Shown: positions 16,465 through 26,426 of the stretch, one piece after another
Layout: every line of letters begins with the position of its first letter
How positions within the stretch are numbered: position 1 is the stretch's first letter
Virus record (IMG/VR): IMGVR_UViG_3300031963_008656
Location: 1 to 64,000 of that record
Strand: one strand, 5' to 3'
Length of the DNA stretch: 64,000 bases
Source of the DNA: a virus
Translations under genes and position numbers: made by a program
The notes under the pieces: model-generated
What the model saw: only the letters and a program-made list of their open reading frames with translations
The model's database searches: none
Told to the model about the DNA's origin: nothing

Positions 16465-16894
16465 TTGCTTGCTCCTCGGTGTAAAATGGTCCTTGATAGG
16501 TATAACGTTCTAGCACAATTAGTTTGGGATTCTGTAGCACTTTCCAACTGCGATGTTGTTTGATCGAATACCATCCGGCAGCAAACCATGATTTGCTTTT
16601 GGTTGTTTTGGTAAACAACGGCAATTTTAACTGCACATTCCACATGCCATTGTGTGTTCGGCAACCTGTAGGATAACCATGCACACAATCTTTTGGAATA
16701 GGCGTGACATGTTCTGGTTCAGCAAATTCAATGTTGGCCTGTCGGCGCAACATTCGAATGGTTTTAAATTTAGCAACCTTGTTGCGGATGGTAAGAGCAA
16801 ACCCACCATCTACAGCTTGAACGTTGCCAATTTTTTCATCGTCTTGTTTGAGTATCCAGTATTGATTGTCAATTACCGGTTTTGCTACTATCAT
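16451..16894 (-). CDS. hypothetical protein
   Basis: 147-aa ORF. Confidence 0.45.
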   Translation of the reverse strand: MIVAKPVIDNQYWILKQDDEKIGNVQAVDGGFALTIRNKVAKFKTIRMLRRQANIEFAEPEHVTPIPKDCVHGYPTGCRTHNGMWNVQLKLPLFTKTTKSKSWFAAGWYSIKQHRSWKVLQNPKLIVLERYTYQGPFYTEEQANASL

Positions 16895-17925
16895 TTTAAC
16901 ACTCCTTGATATGTTTGATTCAGCCAGCGACCAATTGGTTCGGCTTGGTCACTCAGCTTGGTAAGCTCATACTTGCCACAGAACTTGAGAAAGTGTGCGC
17001 CCACCATCCCTATGTCTTTGTTACTGACTTGTTCACCAATCACAGCATCCACAGTATCTTTTACTTCTTGTGGTTGTGCAGTAAGGTCAATTAGTGTGAC
17101 ATTGCGTTCGTAGTCTTCGAGCACCTTGTGTTCTTTTTCTTCGTGGTCGGTCCAACGTTGCAACATGAGATTGTTCCAATTGTAGCCTTTTTTGTTGCGA
17201 TCTTCAAATGCTTCTGTAATGCCTACACGATTCTTTGTGCCTTTTACTGGTGCACCAGGGTATGCTGAGAACACATTGTCGCCGGGATCACCGCGCACAC
17301 ATTTCAAGAACAGCACCCATTTCTGATAGTCAGTTGGGGCCACAAAGCTCCGGTCGGCTTTGCCTACTTTGATCTTTGAATTGCTTTCGATTGTGAAACT
17401 CAATTTGTTGCCTTTGGCATCAGTTACGCCATCAATACTGAACAGGTGGTCGTTTATGCCATTGTACAATTGCACATTTGGTGCAACCAACTGAACGAAG
17501 TCTGAATCACTGCTGACAATAATATGTTCATCTTGGGGGTGTAGTGCAATCCAGCGGCCTATGATATCGTCCGCTTCTGCTGTTGCGCAACGAATCACGC
17601 TACAATTTGTTTTCTCAGACAAGTATTTAGTCAGCTCATCATAGGTTTCCCAAAACAACTTGTCCTCTTCTGCTTCAGTTTCACTCATGGCACCACGGGC
17701 CACAGCACGATTAGCTTTGTAGGGCTTGTAGTGATCTTTACGCCAGCTACGCCCTTCTAGTGCAAAAACCACATGGTCTACACCAAAACGCCTAGCTACT
17801 TTATTTGCACTCATCATGGTCAAGTGCAGTGCAAAGCCTAATTTAGTCCATGTGTCGCTGGCCCTGTGTGCTGAATGGCGGGCACGGAAAAACATGTTAG
17901 CAGTATCAATCAGTAGATATTTCAT
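16891..17925 (-). CDS. 5'-3' exonuclease / flap endonuclease (T4 RNase H / FEN-like, PIN fold)
   Basis: N-terminal MKYLLIDTANMFFRARH and acidic clusters (DSDF, GDPGDN). Confidence 0.7.
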   Translation of the reverse strand: MKYLLIDTANMFFRARHSAHRASDTWTKLGFALHLTMMSANKVARRFGVDHVVFALEGRSWRKDHYKPYKANRAVARGAMSETEAEEDKLFWETYDELTKYLSEKTNCSVIRCATAEADDIIGRWIALHPQDEHIIVSSDSDFVQLVAPNVQLYNGINDHLFSIDGVTDAKGNKLSFTIESNSKIKVGKADRSFVAPTDYQKWVLFLKCVRGDPGDNVFSAYPGAPVKGTKNRVGITEAFEDRNKKGYNWNNLMLQRWTDHEEKEHKVLEDYERNVTLIDLTAQPQEVKDTVDAVIGEQVSNKDIGMVGAHFLKFCGKYELTKLSDQAEPIGRWLNQTYQGVLK

Positions 17926-18634
17926 TAGGGCGGTCCAGAAGTTTGTGTTCCTTCAAGTATTGTAACACATATTCCGACCAAAATCTATGACCATCGGCTC
18001 CAAAGTGATAACTTTTGGGATTCACATGCTCAAATCCGTTGTTTTTTAGTATGGCATTCCAACTGTGGTCTCTTGAATATGGCTCAATGTAATGCCCTTG
18101 CCAATCTCTTAGATTAAATAAATCACTAAATGTACTGTTGCCACTGTAGAATAAATGTCGTACATTTAGATCTTTCAACCGACAATGCAGGTGCCATATT
18201 TTGTTATGCCATTCATCTGTTTTTTGAGTCCAGTTGACATCCAAAATGTACTGACGATACCTATCTTCAAGCTCTGGTGGTACCATGTCCACACCACTGG
18301 CGTTTACTTGATAGCATCGGCCTTCATACTCCCATTCTTCTCGTTCCCAAGTGGTCCATTGGATTACCATCACAGTGTCATACAAACGGCTATAGTTCTC
18401 ATGAATCCACTTGTTAGTGGTACGCAGTATGCGGTCATTGCTGGCTGCTGACTCAGCATCACAGTAAAATTCAGTGTTGAGCATTCGGCTCAATTGCTTG
18501 CCCCAGCTGGCTTCCAAGTTGATTGGATGAGGTCTACGGTCAATGCCATATCTACCATCATCCACAGCAAAGCAATCAGGCACCACTGCTTCGGCAGCCG
18601 CTGTATGGCTGCATCCATTTACATACAAGATCAT
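17906..18634 (-). CDS. GCS(H/F)(T/S) N-terminal-motif paralog 1 (SGNH-like fold with a Cys in the nucleophile position?)
   Basis: MILYVNGCSHTAA... N-terminus, similar to 20528 and 51474. Confidence 0.45.
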   Translation of the reverse strand: MILYVNGCSHTAAAEAVVPDCFAVDDGRYGIDRRPHPINLEASWGKQLSRMLNTEFYCDAESAASNDRILRTTNKWIHENYSRLYDTVMVIQWTTWEREEWEYEGRCYQVNASGVDMVPPELEDRYRQYILDVNWTQKTDEWHNKIWHLHCRLKDLNVRHLFYSGNSTFSDLFNLRDWQGHYIEPYSRDHSWNAILKNNGFEHVNPKSYHFGADGHRFWSEYVLQYLKEHKLLDRPNEISTD

Positions 18635-19107
18635 TTTTGTAGCAGTACTTTTTCGGTCTCTGCGGCAACCACACGCTTGCGCAGGCTACTGGATGAGAAT
18701 GAGTGATCTCGGCCGTTGAATACTAGTTCAATCCCGCGGTCATAGCATTCGTCGCGACCGGTAAAGTCTTTGTGTTCGTATTCTACTCCCAGTACTCGAA
18801 CATCTAATGGCAGAATTAGTAGAAGGTCACGTAGATCTTGTTCGGTTTGGTACACAACAACTTCATCAACGTAACGGCATGCAGCCAGCTGTATCTGTCT
18901 CTCCACAATACTTTGTATCGGACGATTCTTAGTCTCAGGCCTATCGATAGTTGGGTCCGTTTGGAGCCCACAGATGAGGTAGTCACAGTGATTTTTTGCT
19001 TCAGAAAGCATGGCAATGTGGCCTGCGTGGAGCATGTCAAAGGTTGAGAAAGTGATGCCAATTTTTTTGCCTTCTGCTTTGAGTTGTTTGATGTGATTGA
19101 ATATCAT
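18631..19107 (-). CDS. cytidylyl/adenylyltransferase (HxGH nucleotidyltransferase; TagD / RfaE-domain-II-like)
   Basis: GITFSTFDMLHAGHIAML matches G.FD.LH.GH. Start moved to Met41. Confidence 0.6.
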   Translation of the reverse strand: MIFNHIKQLKAEGKKIGITFSTFDMLHAGHIAMLSEAKNHCDYLICGLQTDPTIDRPETKNRPIQSIVERQIQLAACRYVDEVVVYQTEQDLRDLLLILPLDVRVLGVEYEHKDFTGRDECYDRGIELVFNGRDHSFSSSSLRKRVVAAETEKVLLQK

Positions 19108-19505
19108 GATACCTCGCTCCTGCCATCGCCAAGATCTCGCTTTTGAACATACATGCCGGAGTTCTTGATGGCTTGTTCTTGTTCCCATGTTTCCATCACA
19201 ACATGGCGGCATACATTTTGAAACCAACGGTCAACAATGTCCCCATCAGTGTCTGTAGGTTTCATCATATAGCCAGCCTTTACCAGTCGAGCCACAAAGA
19301 TTTCATTCCAATCCAACTCAAATGCACCTTGATGCAGATTGTCAGGATCCACATCCATACTGAGCACAGCCACGTAAGGTTCTCCCTTTTCAGTAGCAAG
19401 TTGTTTTTCAGTTTTAGCTGGTGGTTCGGCAACTCTAGGCTTAGTGACTTTTTCTACCACAGGTGGTGGTTTCTTTTGAGATTTTTTAAACCAATCAAAC
19501 ATCAA
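19104..19505 (-). CDS. hypothetical protein
   Basis: 133-aa ORF. Confidence 0.45.
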   Translation of the reverse strand: MMFDWFKKSQKKPPPVVEKVTKPRVAEPPAKTEKQLATEKGEPYVAVLSMDVDPDNLHQGAFELDWNEIFVARLVKAGYMMKPTDTDGDIVDRWFQNVCRHVVMETWEQEQAIKNSGMYVQKRDLGDGRSEVS

Positions 19506-19677
19506 TCCTACCCCATTTAATTTTTAACCAAATACGTTCCATACTGTATTGCAAGAATGCTAACACAATATGGATTGCAACTGCATCACCCAGTCCGGTC
19601 CACAATGCAGTAATCAGCAATGCAGCAATTCGATAAGTTAGAGTTCGGATCCATGTTCTTGTATGAGTTTCTGACAT
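19495..19677 (-). CDS. small membrane protein
   Basis: Hydrophobic stretch IAALLITALWTGLGDAVAIHIVLAFL. Start moved to the internal Met after the QueE stop. Confidence 0.35.
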   Translation of the reverse strand: MSETHTRTWIRTLTYRIAALLITALWTGLGDAVAIHIVLAFLQYSMERIWLKIKWGRIDV

Positions 19678-19678
19678 G

Positions 19679-20524
19679 TTATTTGCCCCATCCATTACCC
19701 CAGAGGTCCACATGCAATCGTGGGCTGTACCAATAACCTCGTTTGAGTGCTTCGTCGGCAACGTGAATTCTATTGCCATCATACACACTCACAACACCGC
19801 CAACAGGCATCACAAAAACTGGTCCGCTAAATCCACGGGTTCGATAGTCGTCAACTACTAGATCAAGCTCTTTGAAATCATCAATGTGACCAACAACAAA
19901 CTTCAAATAGGTAACACCGTGAGTTTCGTAATCCCAAATAATGTCAGGTTTGATAGCATCTTCATACTTTTCACCACTGACACTAAGTTTAGGACTTACT
20001 GAGAATGTGATCTCGCCAAACCATTCAGACAGATACTGTTTGAATTCTCTTGTGAGTTCTTGAGTACCATTGGTTTCAAATGTAATGTGTCGCAGTCCAC
20101 GTTCGTGCAACAGATTCAACAGTTCAGGATATGCACGTTGCCAACCTAGCAATGGCTCGCCACCTGTGATCACAAGATGCACTGAATTGCCGTTTGGTTG
20201 TTGCCAGTGGCCATTGGGCAACAGCGCAGCCATTTTGTCAACTAACTCTTGTGCTGTGTATGTGGGACTTAGATGTTTAAAGTCAGGATGCCAACTTGCA
20301 TACGAATCGCATCCTGTATTAACCAACGGGAGCTCTTCAAAAGTCTTGTAGAGATGAACGCTCTTTGCGACGTCATCTGCCTCAGTGCTCTTATCACCGG
20401 GTTGGCATCCAAATCCCGAACACGTAAAGTTGCAACCGAAGGTTCGTAAGAAGATAGAAGGAACTCCAATATAGCGTCCTTCGCCCTGAGCAGAATAAAA
20501 TAGTTCACTTACTTTTAATTTCAT
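19679..20524 (-). CDS. queE: 7-carboxy-7-deazaguanine synthase (radical SAM)
   Basis: FYSAQGEGRYIGVPSIFLRTFGCNFTCSGFGC aligns to E. coli QueE F.TLQGEG..GVP.IF.R..GC...C..C. Confidence 0.8.
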   Translation of the reverse strand: MKLKVSELFYSAQGEGRYIGVPSIFLRTFGCNFTCSGFGCQPGDKSTEADDVAKSVHLYKTFEELPLVNTGCDSYASWHPDFKHLSPTYTAQELVDKMAALLPNGHWQQPNGNSVHLVITGGEPLLGWQRAYPELLNLLHERGLRHITFETNGTQELTREFKQYLSEWFGEITFSVSPKLSVSGEKYEDAIKPDIIWDYETHGVTYLKFVVGHIDDFKELDLVVDDYRTRGFSGPVFVMPVGGVVSVYDGNRIHVADEALKRGYWYSPRLHVDLWGNGWGK

Positions 20525-20527
20525 TGT

Positions 20528-21238
20528 TTATAACCTTGTTACCTTTGACATTCCCGACTTGCGGGGATTCTTATTTAGATTGATACTTTCATCATGCATT
20601 TTAACACGAGTAGATTGTTTTGTCACCCAACCCGGTAATACTGCATCTAAATAGGCCAAATGTTCTTCGGGGCTGGGATGTGGGTCACCGTTTCTATTAG
20701 GATATCCAGTGTTTTTAAATACAGTTTTGTCATACCCTGGTTTGATACTTAAAACCACATTTTCGTACAATCGCATGACATCTCTGTGTTTGCTAACATT
20801 GTCGGACGGAAATGGCATGGCCATTAATTCTACCATACTCAAAAATTCCCATTTTAGATTGTGTCGAGATTCCAGTAGAGTTTTAACTGCTTTGATGCAT
20901 GCCAGATCTCTAATTAGGAATCCTCTTTCATCCATGTGTGTTTTAAGGTATTCTTTGTTAAACACATTGGTTGCGAAGTGTGCATTTCCGGGTGTGTGCC
21001 ATCGACCGTCAACATATCGATCCTCTCGATCTAAACTGGTCCAGCATACAACAACAGTATCTCCGTCACCAAAACAATGCCTTTGATCAGCCTCCATGAC
21101 TGAATTGAAAATATATTGATTTCCTCCTCCTGCCTGGCCCCAATTTTCAAAGTGATCAAATTCTGGAGCAAGACAATCTGCCCAGGTGCTCCAGCGATAG
21201 TTTGTAAAACTACAACCAAACGTAAACAGTCGGCGCAT
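20528..21238 (-). CDS. GCS(F)(T) N-terminal-motif paralog 2
   Basis: MRRLFTFGCSFTNY... Confidence 0.45.
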   Translation of the reverse strand: MRRLFTFGCSFTNYRWSTWADCLAPEFDHFENWGQAGGGNQYIFNSVMEADQRHCFGDGDTVVVCWTSLDREDRYVDGRWHTPGNAHFATNVFNKEYLKTHMDERGFLIRDLACIKAVKTLLESRHNLKWEFLSMVELMAMPFPSDNVSKHRDVMRLYENVVLSIKPGYDKTVFKNTGYPNRNGDPHPSPEEHLAYLDAVLPGWVTKQSTRVKMHDESINLNKNPRKSGMSKVTRL

Positions 21239-21240
21239 TG

Positions 21241-23223
21241 TTAGGCTGCTAGTTTTGCCCTGGCGCCAGCATCTCCGCGTTTGGCAACGTCTACCTGCGT
21301 GTCAGCGTTCAAGCATTCAACTGTGGCTTTTCCAAAATTTCTACGTCTAGCAAAATAAAATAGTTCTAAGAAACGTGGAAAGCTCATAGTTTTATCTTCT
21401 GGAAACTCCAGTTGATATTCTCTTGGCGCATGTACAAGTTTGTGATCAAAGCTGAGATATTCCCAGATGTTGTAGTCTAATTCTAAAACCTCAGGATAAG
21501 TGTTCATAGCATCGTAAGCCACATGGTATCTGCGTTGGAATCGCATGATGTTCTCCAACAACACAGGCGGTAAATCATAACGACTCATGAACTTTTCTAA
21601 CATGTCAAAGATATTGTGATTTTGTTTTTCCACATGCATGTTCAACACAGTTCTGTGTATGAGGTTCCATCCGTGAATTTCAATGCCAATCTTGGGATGA
21701 TTGATTCGGCCATTGGTCATCCAACTGCGATAGTACTCGCGAACTTCTTCTTGTTCGCGGTGGATCCATTCATGACCTTGCACGTATTCAAACAGGTCTG
21801 CATAAAACTCGCTGTAGGGCACACCCTGATACTTGAACACCAATCGACTCAACAGTGTGCTGATGCCATTGATGTGGAAGGTATTGATAAACCATGAAAA
21901 AATATGTGCTTCCATCATGACATCAAACGGCATGTCTTTGGTGCCAGTGATAATGTCAATGGCTTCTTCAATGTGTTCGTTGGAGTATGATCCAGAAAAA
22001 TAGTCTGTTACACTTTGATTGGTAATCTTAAACAACTTCTTCTGCAACAGGTTCATTTCGGCATTTTCCAACAACTGAGCCTGGAACACCGTGAGACCAG
22101 TATGATTGCCCATTTCAAACAAAGTCCAAAAGTTTTTCTTCCAAGACTCAAGACTTTCACCAGGTAGGCCCAAGATAAGTTCAGTGTAGGTTGGAATGTT
22201 ACGTTGCTCACACAGCTCAAATACTTCGTTGAGCTTGTTCATTTCCATGTTTTTGCGACGAATGTTTTCCAATACATCCAAGTCAAGACTTTGCACACTC
22301 AGCGTTAGACCTTGATTGAAGCCTCGGGCATCCAGCAATTTTTTAACAATGTCCACAACTTCTTTCTTTTGATTCTTGGCCCAGGCCACAGAGAAAGTTC
22401 TCGGAGAACCATACTTTTCTTGACATTCAATAATCTTGTCTGCAATCAAACTGTCACGTTCGGCAAACATGCCAAAGTTAGCGTCAGTAATTGATATGAA
22501 ATCAAAGTTGTGCTTAGCCATCCATTCCAACTCATGGTACACACGTTCTAAACCAAACTTCTTGACCTTGTTGTATGTCAAGCTACCCCAGTCACAAAAC
22601 GTACAAGCAAATGGGCAACCACGAGAAGTTTCTAGTGTGCCTTGCCACATGATGTCAGGATTTGCAGCCATTAGGTCATCAAATACACCTGCCAGATACG
22701 GGCTAGGAATATCTTCAAGAGTTTCAATGCGCTTGGCATCACCTGTGCTTATAGCTTCGCCGTCTCGATTGATCAGCAAGCCAGGTATTGACTCCCAGTC
22801 TTTGCTGTCATATGCCAGCATGAGATTTCTAAATGTGATTTCACCTTCGTAGCAAATCACAATGTCCATGAATGGTTCTTTGCGAAACAGATCTTTGTCT
22901 GTGATTGCAGGTTCGGGACCGCCAAATATGGTCAACACGCCAGGATTGATCTCCTTGAGCCTGCGAGCCAATGCATAGTTGAAATTGTGATTCCACACAT
23001 AAGTGCTAAAAGTCACAACATCATTTTCAGCCAGTCGTTGTGCAATTGGCTCTATGTTGTCCCGGCGCCACACCCATTCAGTCACTTGCCATGCATCACG
23101 TATGCTGGGTTCCGCAACTGCATAACTCCAAATCACACCTGCTGAGTATGGCAGGTAGTAGGCATTGAGTTCTTTAGGACCTTGTTGGAAGTTTGGTTGT
23201 ACCCAGGCAATTTTTCTTTTCAT
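21241..23223 (-). CDS. B12-binding radical SAM enzyme (class B; putative C-methyltransferase or related)
   Basis: 660 aa. The N-terminal about 150 aa is B12-binding-like. Radical SAM cluster ETSRGCPFACTFCDW. Confidence 0.7.
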   Translation of the reverse strand: MKRKIAWVQPNFQQGPKELNAYYLPYSAGVIWSYAVAEPSIRDAWQVTEWVWRRDNIEPIAQRLAENDVVTFSTYVWNHNFNYALARRLKEINPGVLTIFGGPEPAITDKDLFRKEPFMDIVICYEGEITFRNLMLAYDSKDWESIPGLLINRDGEAISTGDAKRIETLEDIPSPYLAGVFDDLMAANPDIMWQGTLETSRGCPFACTFCDWGSLTYNKVKKFGLERVYHELEWMAKHNFDFISITDANFGMFAERDSLIADKIIECQEKYGSPRTFSVAWAKNQKKEVVDIVKKLLDARGFNQGLTLSVQSLDLDVLENIRRKNMEMNKLNEVFELCEQRNIPTYTELILGLPGESLESWKKNFWTLFEMGNHTGLTVFQAQLLENAEMNLLQKKLFKITNQSVTDYFSGSYSNEHIEEAIDIITGTKDMPFDVMMEAHIFSWFINTFHINGISTLLSRLVFKYQGVPYSEFYADLFEYVQGHEWIHREQEEVREYYRSWMTNGRINHPKIGIEIHGWNLIHRTVLNMHVEKQNHNIFDMLEKFMSRYDLPPVLLENIMRFQRRYHVAYDAMNTYPEVLELDYNIWEYLSFDHKLVHAPREYQLEFPEDKTMSFPRFLELFYFARRRNFGKATVECLNADTQVDVAKRGDAGARAKLAA

Positions 23224-24089
23224 GCATTATTTACTTGTTTTTGATCAGTATCTTTTTTTGCAAAATGTGTATGCGGGTTGGCAAATTGAACCATTTGACT
23301 GTTTACATCATTCTGTGCTAGTTTTTCCCAGGGATCTTGACTGCCGTTGAACACGTTGGTAAAGAATGAAAGATCCATACCTAATTCACTGCGCATGTAT
23401 GTGGCCAATTTTGCACAGTCTCGGTGTCGCAGGTCCATTTGCTGAACGCTGTGAAAGTCCAACGGATCATCGGGGCGACCTTCTAGCATGGCACGATTTT
23501 TAAATGTTTCATCGCCGTTGTTGCCAGTCAAGTCGTGGCGATCATGTTCTACCCATACTGGAATTCTTTCCCAAATGTCCAGCATGTATGCCTGTTGACT
23601 CAACCACCCATCTTGTGTGGGATGGGGACTGATGTATCCCAACAGTTCATACCATTTGCGTGGAACTATTGGAAAAATTGAGTAGGGGTGGTCGTTGTGA
23701 GTATGGAATGCCAGCAATCTAAACTTGCCATTGTATTTCAAAATCTCACTGTCCCACCCCTGGGTTTGCATGATGGCATCATCATTCCAAATAACAAACC
23801 AAGGAGCCAGGGCTTTCTCAGCCATCTTGTTGTTGTAGATATGCAATCTGATATATCCCAATGGGTCAAACAACATGGCGGTATAGTGATAACCGTGTGA
23901 GTCTAACCAAGGCTGCAATTCAGTTTGGAAGTACGTTTTGCCTTTGTCATCGTCTTTGTCAAATCCAAACATGATTTGCAAACGATGAGGATTGTCAGCC
24001 AGTTCAAACAAACTGCGAACACTTTTGCCCAACGCTTCTGTACGACCTCGAGTGGCCAACAGTAAAGATATATCAAATTCTTGTGCCAT
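23220..24089 (-). CDS. putative GT-A-fold glycosyltransferase
   Basis: N-terminal DISLLLATRGRTEAL (GT2-like) and WNDD DxD-like motif. Confidence 0.5.
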   Translation of the reverse strand: MAQEFDISLLLATRGRTEALGKSVRSLFELADNPHRLQIMFGFDKDDDKGKTYFQTELQPWLDSHGYHYTAMLFDPLGYIRLHIYNNKMAEKALAPWFVIWNDDAIMQTQGWDSEILKYNGKFRLLAFHTHNDHPYSIFPIVPRKWYELLGYISPHPTQDGWLSQQAYMLDIWERIPVWVEHDRHDLTGNNGDETFKNRAMLEGRPDDPLDFHSVQQMDLRHRDCAKLATYMRSELGMDLSFFTNVFNGSQDPWEKLAQNDVNSQMVQFANPHTHFAKKDTDQKQVNNA

Positions 24090-24112
24090 AAATTCCTACC
24101 AATTTGATGTAA

Positions 24113-24733
24113 TTATGCTTGATTGTCTGCAGCCAGCTTTTTCTGCAAGTGATTCAACAAGAAACCATACGCAGGCAGAATAACCAACAGACTCACAATG
24201 ATCTTACTGATTGAATTGTTGGTTGCAACAATGTGCCAGTTAGCAGCCATGAACTCATTTGCGCCACCAGCAAAGGCAGTAAAGAAGAACACATAGGTAT
24301 CAAAGAATGTGCTCACAATTGAACTCAATGCAGGAGCAATCCACCAAGTGGCGTACTTTTCACGAATGTATTGGAACACGTACACATCAAGCAAGTTGCT
24401 CACAAAGTATGCAACACCCGAGCCAAGACCAATGCGGAAAGCAACTGAGTCAGGAGCACCGCCCAGTTTGACCACTGCCATTGACACAATGATAGCAGGG
24501 ATGAATGCCAATGCAATCACCGCACGACCAGTTTGTTTGCCTAACATTCGCACAGTCAAGTCGGTCAACACAACCACTAGTGGGAATGTGAATGCGGCTG
24601 CTGCCAATGGTGCACCAAACACTGAGAATTTGAATTGCACAATGTAGTTGCTGATAGCAATGATAATGATATGTGCCAGCATGAGCTTGTAGGCCAATGC
24701 ACGGTCAACGCCACTTAAGATTCGATCTAACAT
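24113..24733 (-). CDS. yhhQ: queuosine-precursor transporter (YhhQ/VUT family, DUF165)
   Basis: 206-aa polytopic membrane protein; ...VYFVSNLLDVYVFQYIR... resembles YhhQ. Confidence 0.65.
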   Translation of the reverse strand: MLDRILSGVDRALAYKLMLAHIIIIAISNYIVQFKFSVFGAPLAAAAFTFPLVVVLTDLTVRMLGKQTGRAVIALAFIPAIIVSMAVVKLGGAPDSVAFRIGLGSGVAYFVSNLLDVYVFQYIREKYATWWIAPALSSIVSTFFDTYVFFFTAFAGGANEFMAANWHIVATNNSISKIIVSLLVILPAYGFLLNHLQKKLAADNQA

Positions 24734-24750
24734 GATTTTTCCTTGTTATA

Positions 24751-25257
24751 TTAAACGAATAGATCTTCCATCCACTCGCGATGGCCTTCTCTAAAAGCCA
24801 TATTGCTCTGTGTTTCGCGCACTTCCACACGATAGCACCAGAGACGCTCTGCTTCACCCGGTCCCCACAGGTCCGGAATGTAAACACCGTTCACATACTT
24901 GTACAGCATGTCTGCCAAGCCTTCACACCCTAAGCGTGGCAGGATTGTGAGTTTGGCCATTTTTTTCTCTTGCAAGAGCTTGTATGTCGCCAGCTCTGGA
25001 TCATCTGCAGACACCAGCAAGGTATGATCAAATTGATCTTCTAATGTCTTTTTAAGTTCTTTGAGACCGCCATAGTCAGCGGCCCAGTTACGCACATCCA
25101 GGTTGTCTGTGCCAAAGTAGAACTTCATTGAGAATGAGTAACCGTGAATTAGATTGCAGTGGCTGTCGGCACGCCATTGACGGTATGCGCAGGGAAAAGC
25201 ATCATGATACTCTTTGGTGCTGGTGTACTTGTATTGTACTGGTTGATTTGTTGCCAT
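24751..25257 (-). CDS. queD: 6-carboxy-5,6,7,8-tetrahydropterin synthase
   Basis: CxxxHGH zinc motif (HCNLIHGYSF), about 168 aa. TATAAT and AGGAGG sit immediately upstream. Confidence 0.8.
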   Translation of the reverse strand: MATNQPVQYKYTSTKEYHDAFPCAYRQWRADSHCNLIHGYSFSMKFYFGTDNLDVRNWAADYGGLKELKKTLEDQFDHTLLVSADDPELATYKLLQEKKMAKLTILPRLGCEGLADMLYKYVNGVYIPDLWGPGEAERLWCYRVEVRETQSNMAFREGHREWMEDLFV

Positions 25258-25359
25258 ATTGTCCTCCTATGTATTATAGCATAGGCAGCAGAGTTTGTAT
25301 AGCGGGATGATGCCGGACAGGCCGCTTAGAGAAATACTTATATTAAATATCAACAGAGG

Positions 25360-26016
25360 TTAAGGTTCACGCCAGGTTTCTATTGAAAGAAACTCTTTAG
25401 ACCAAGTTTCTCGATCATATGTGACATCGCCCCATTGGCACGATCCGTGCCATTGGAAACTTTCAAACGCAATTAGATCACCAGGTGACTCCCATTTTAT
25501 GATTTTTCTTACACTGAAATTTCTTGCTTCTTCAGTGTATTGGTCAGAATACGCTGGCAAGATGTTTGGCATATCTGTATATAATGGTTCATTCAAATTG
25601 GCTGGACAACTATAAAATGCAGTACCAGGAGTATGACCGTCTTTCCACCACAAAGGAATTAAAAAAGTAAGACCTTCTTTGAAACCTTTGCTTTTATTTT
25701 CTTTGAGCCAATCGACTCCTCTAATGTCGCTATGTGGCAAAATTGGTGCTGACAAATATCGGATACTGGAATCGTGGATGATAAACTCACCAAAGTCTGT
25801 TTTTAACTGGTTGACTATTTTATGAATAGGACTTCGGGGCAGTTCATAGTGCAACTGACGATCCCAACAACTTGCCCATCCCAGTTTAGATTTTGGATTA
25901 GGATAAGGTCCAGCTGAGTCTAACAATGAATCATTTATTTTTTCATAGTATGATTTTATATCATTGACAACGCTCAATGAAATATACTTTTTTTTGTATA
26001 TAATTTTTTTTTGCAT
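25360..26016 (-). CDS. hypothetical protein
   Basis: 218-aa ORF; a possible His/Asp metal site, not assigned. Confidence 0.45.
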   Translation of the reverse strand: MQKKIIYKKKYISLSVVNDIKSYYEKINDSLLDSAGPYPNPKSKLGWASCWDRQLHYELPRSPIHKIVNQLKTDFGEFIIHDSSIRYLSAPILPHSDIRGVDWLKENKSKGFKEGLTFLIPLWWKDGHTPGTAFYSCPANLNEPLYTDMPNILPAYSDQYTEEARNFSVRKIIKWESPGDLIAFESFQWHGSCQWGDVTYDRETWSKEFLSIETWREP

Positions 26017-26021
26017 GTTAA

Positions 26022-26426
26022 TTATGGTTTTTGGTAACTACCTGTTTTGTAGTTAGCTTGTCCAATAATAACCCCACGTACTCCGCCCACTGGGTCAGCA
26101 CAGTCACCTGCTCGGCGTGGAATCAAATGCACATGTGGATACATCACAGTTTGACCTGCTTCACGACCCATGTTGATGCCGATATTAAATGCATCACATT
26201 CGCCATTGACAACCATTCTGCGACCATGCAGCATGGCTGATTCAAAACAGTCCATGATTACCGCATCGTTATTGTACTGTGGCACAAACAACAAATGACC
26301 GGGTGTGACAGGATAACGATCACGAAACACAGCCACGTGATAGTCTGACAGTTCTGTCACACGGTCGTCCCAGGGTGCAATATCTTGTTGATATGCAATT
26401 TCTAAATCAGTCATAATAGTTTTCAT
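26022..26426 (-). CDS. HIT-like (histidine-triad-related) nucleotide-binding protein
   Basis: YPVTPGHLLFVP and the YPHVHLIPR core partially match a HIT fold and motif; the third His is absent. Confidence 0.4.
   Translation of the reverse strand: MKTIMTDLEIAYQQDIAPWDDRVTELSDYHVAVFRDRYPVTPGHLLFVPQYNNDAVIMDCFESAMLHGRRMVVNGECDAFNIGINMGREAGQTVMYPHVHLIPRRAGDCADPVGGVRGVIIGQANYKTGSYQKP

Noticed and set aside
26022-26426. Confident HIT-family hydrolase call
   Set aside because: The core is HVHLIP rather than the full HxHxHxx triad, and only two His are present. Kept as low-confidence HIT-like.
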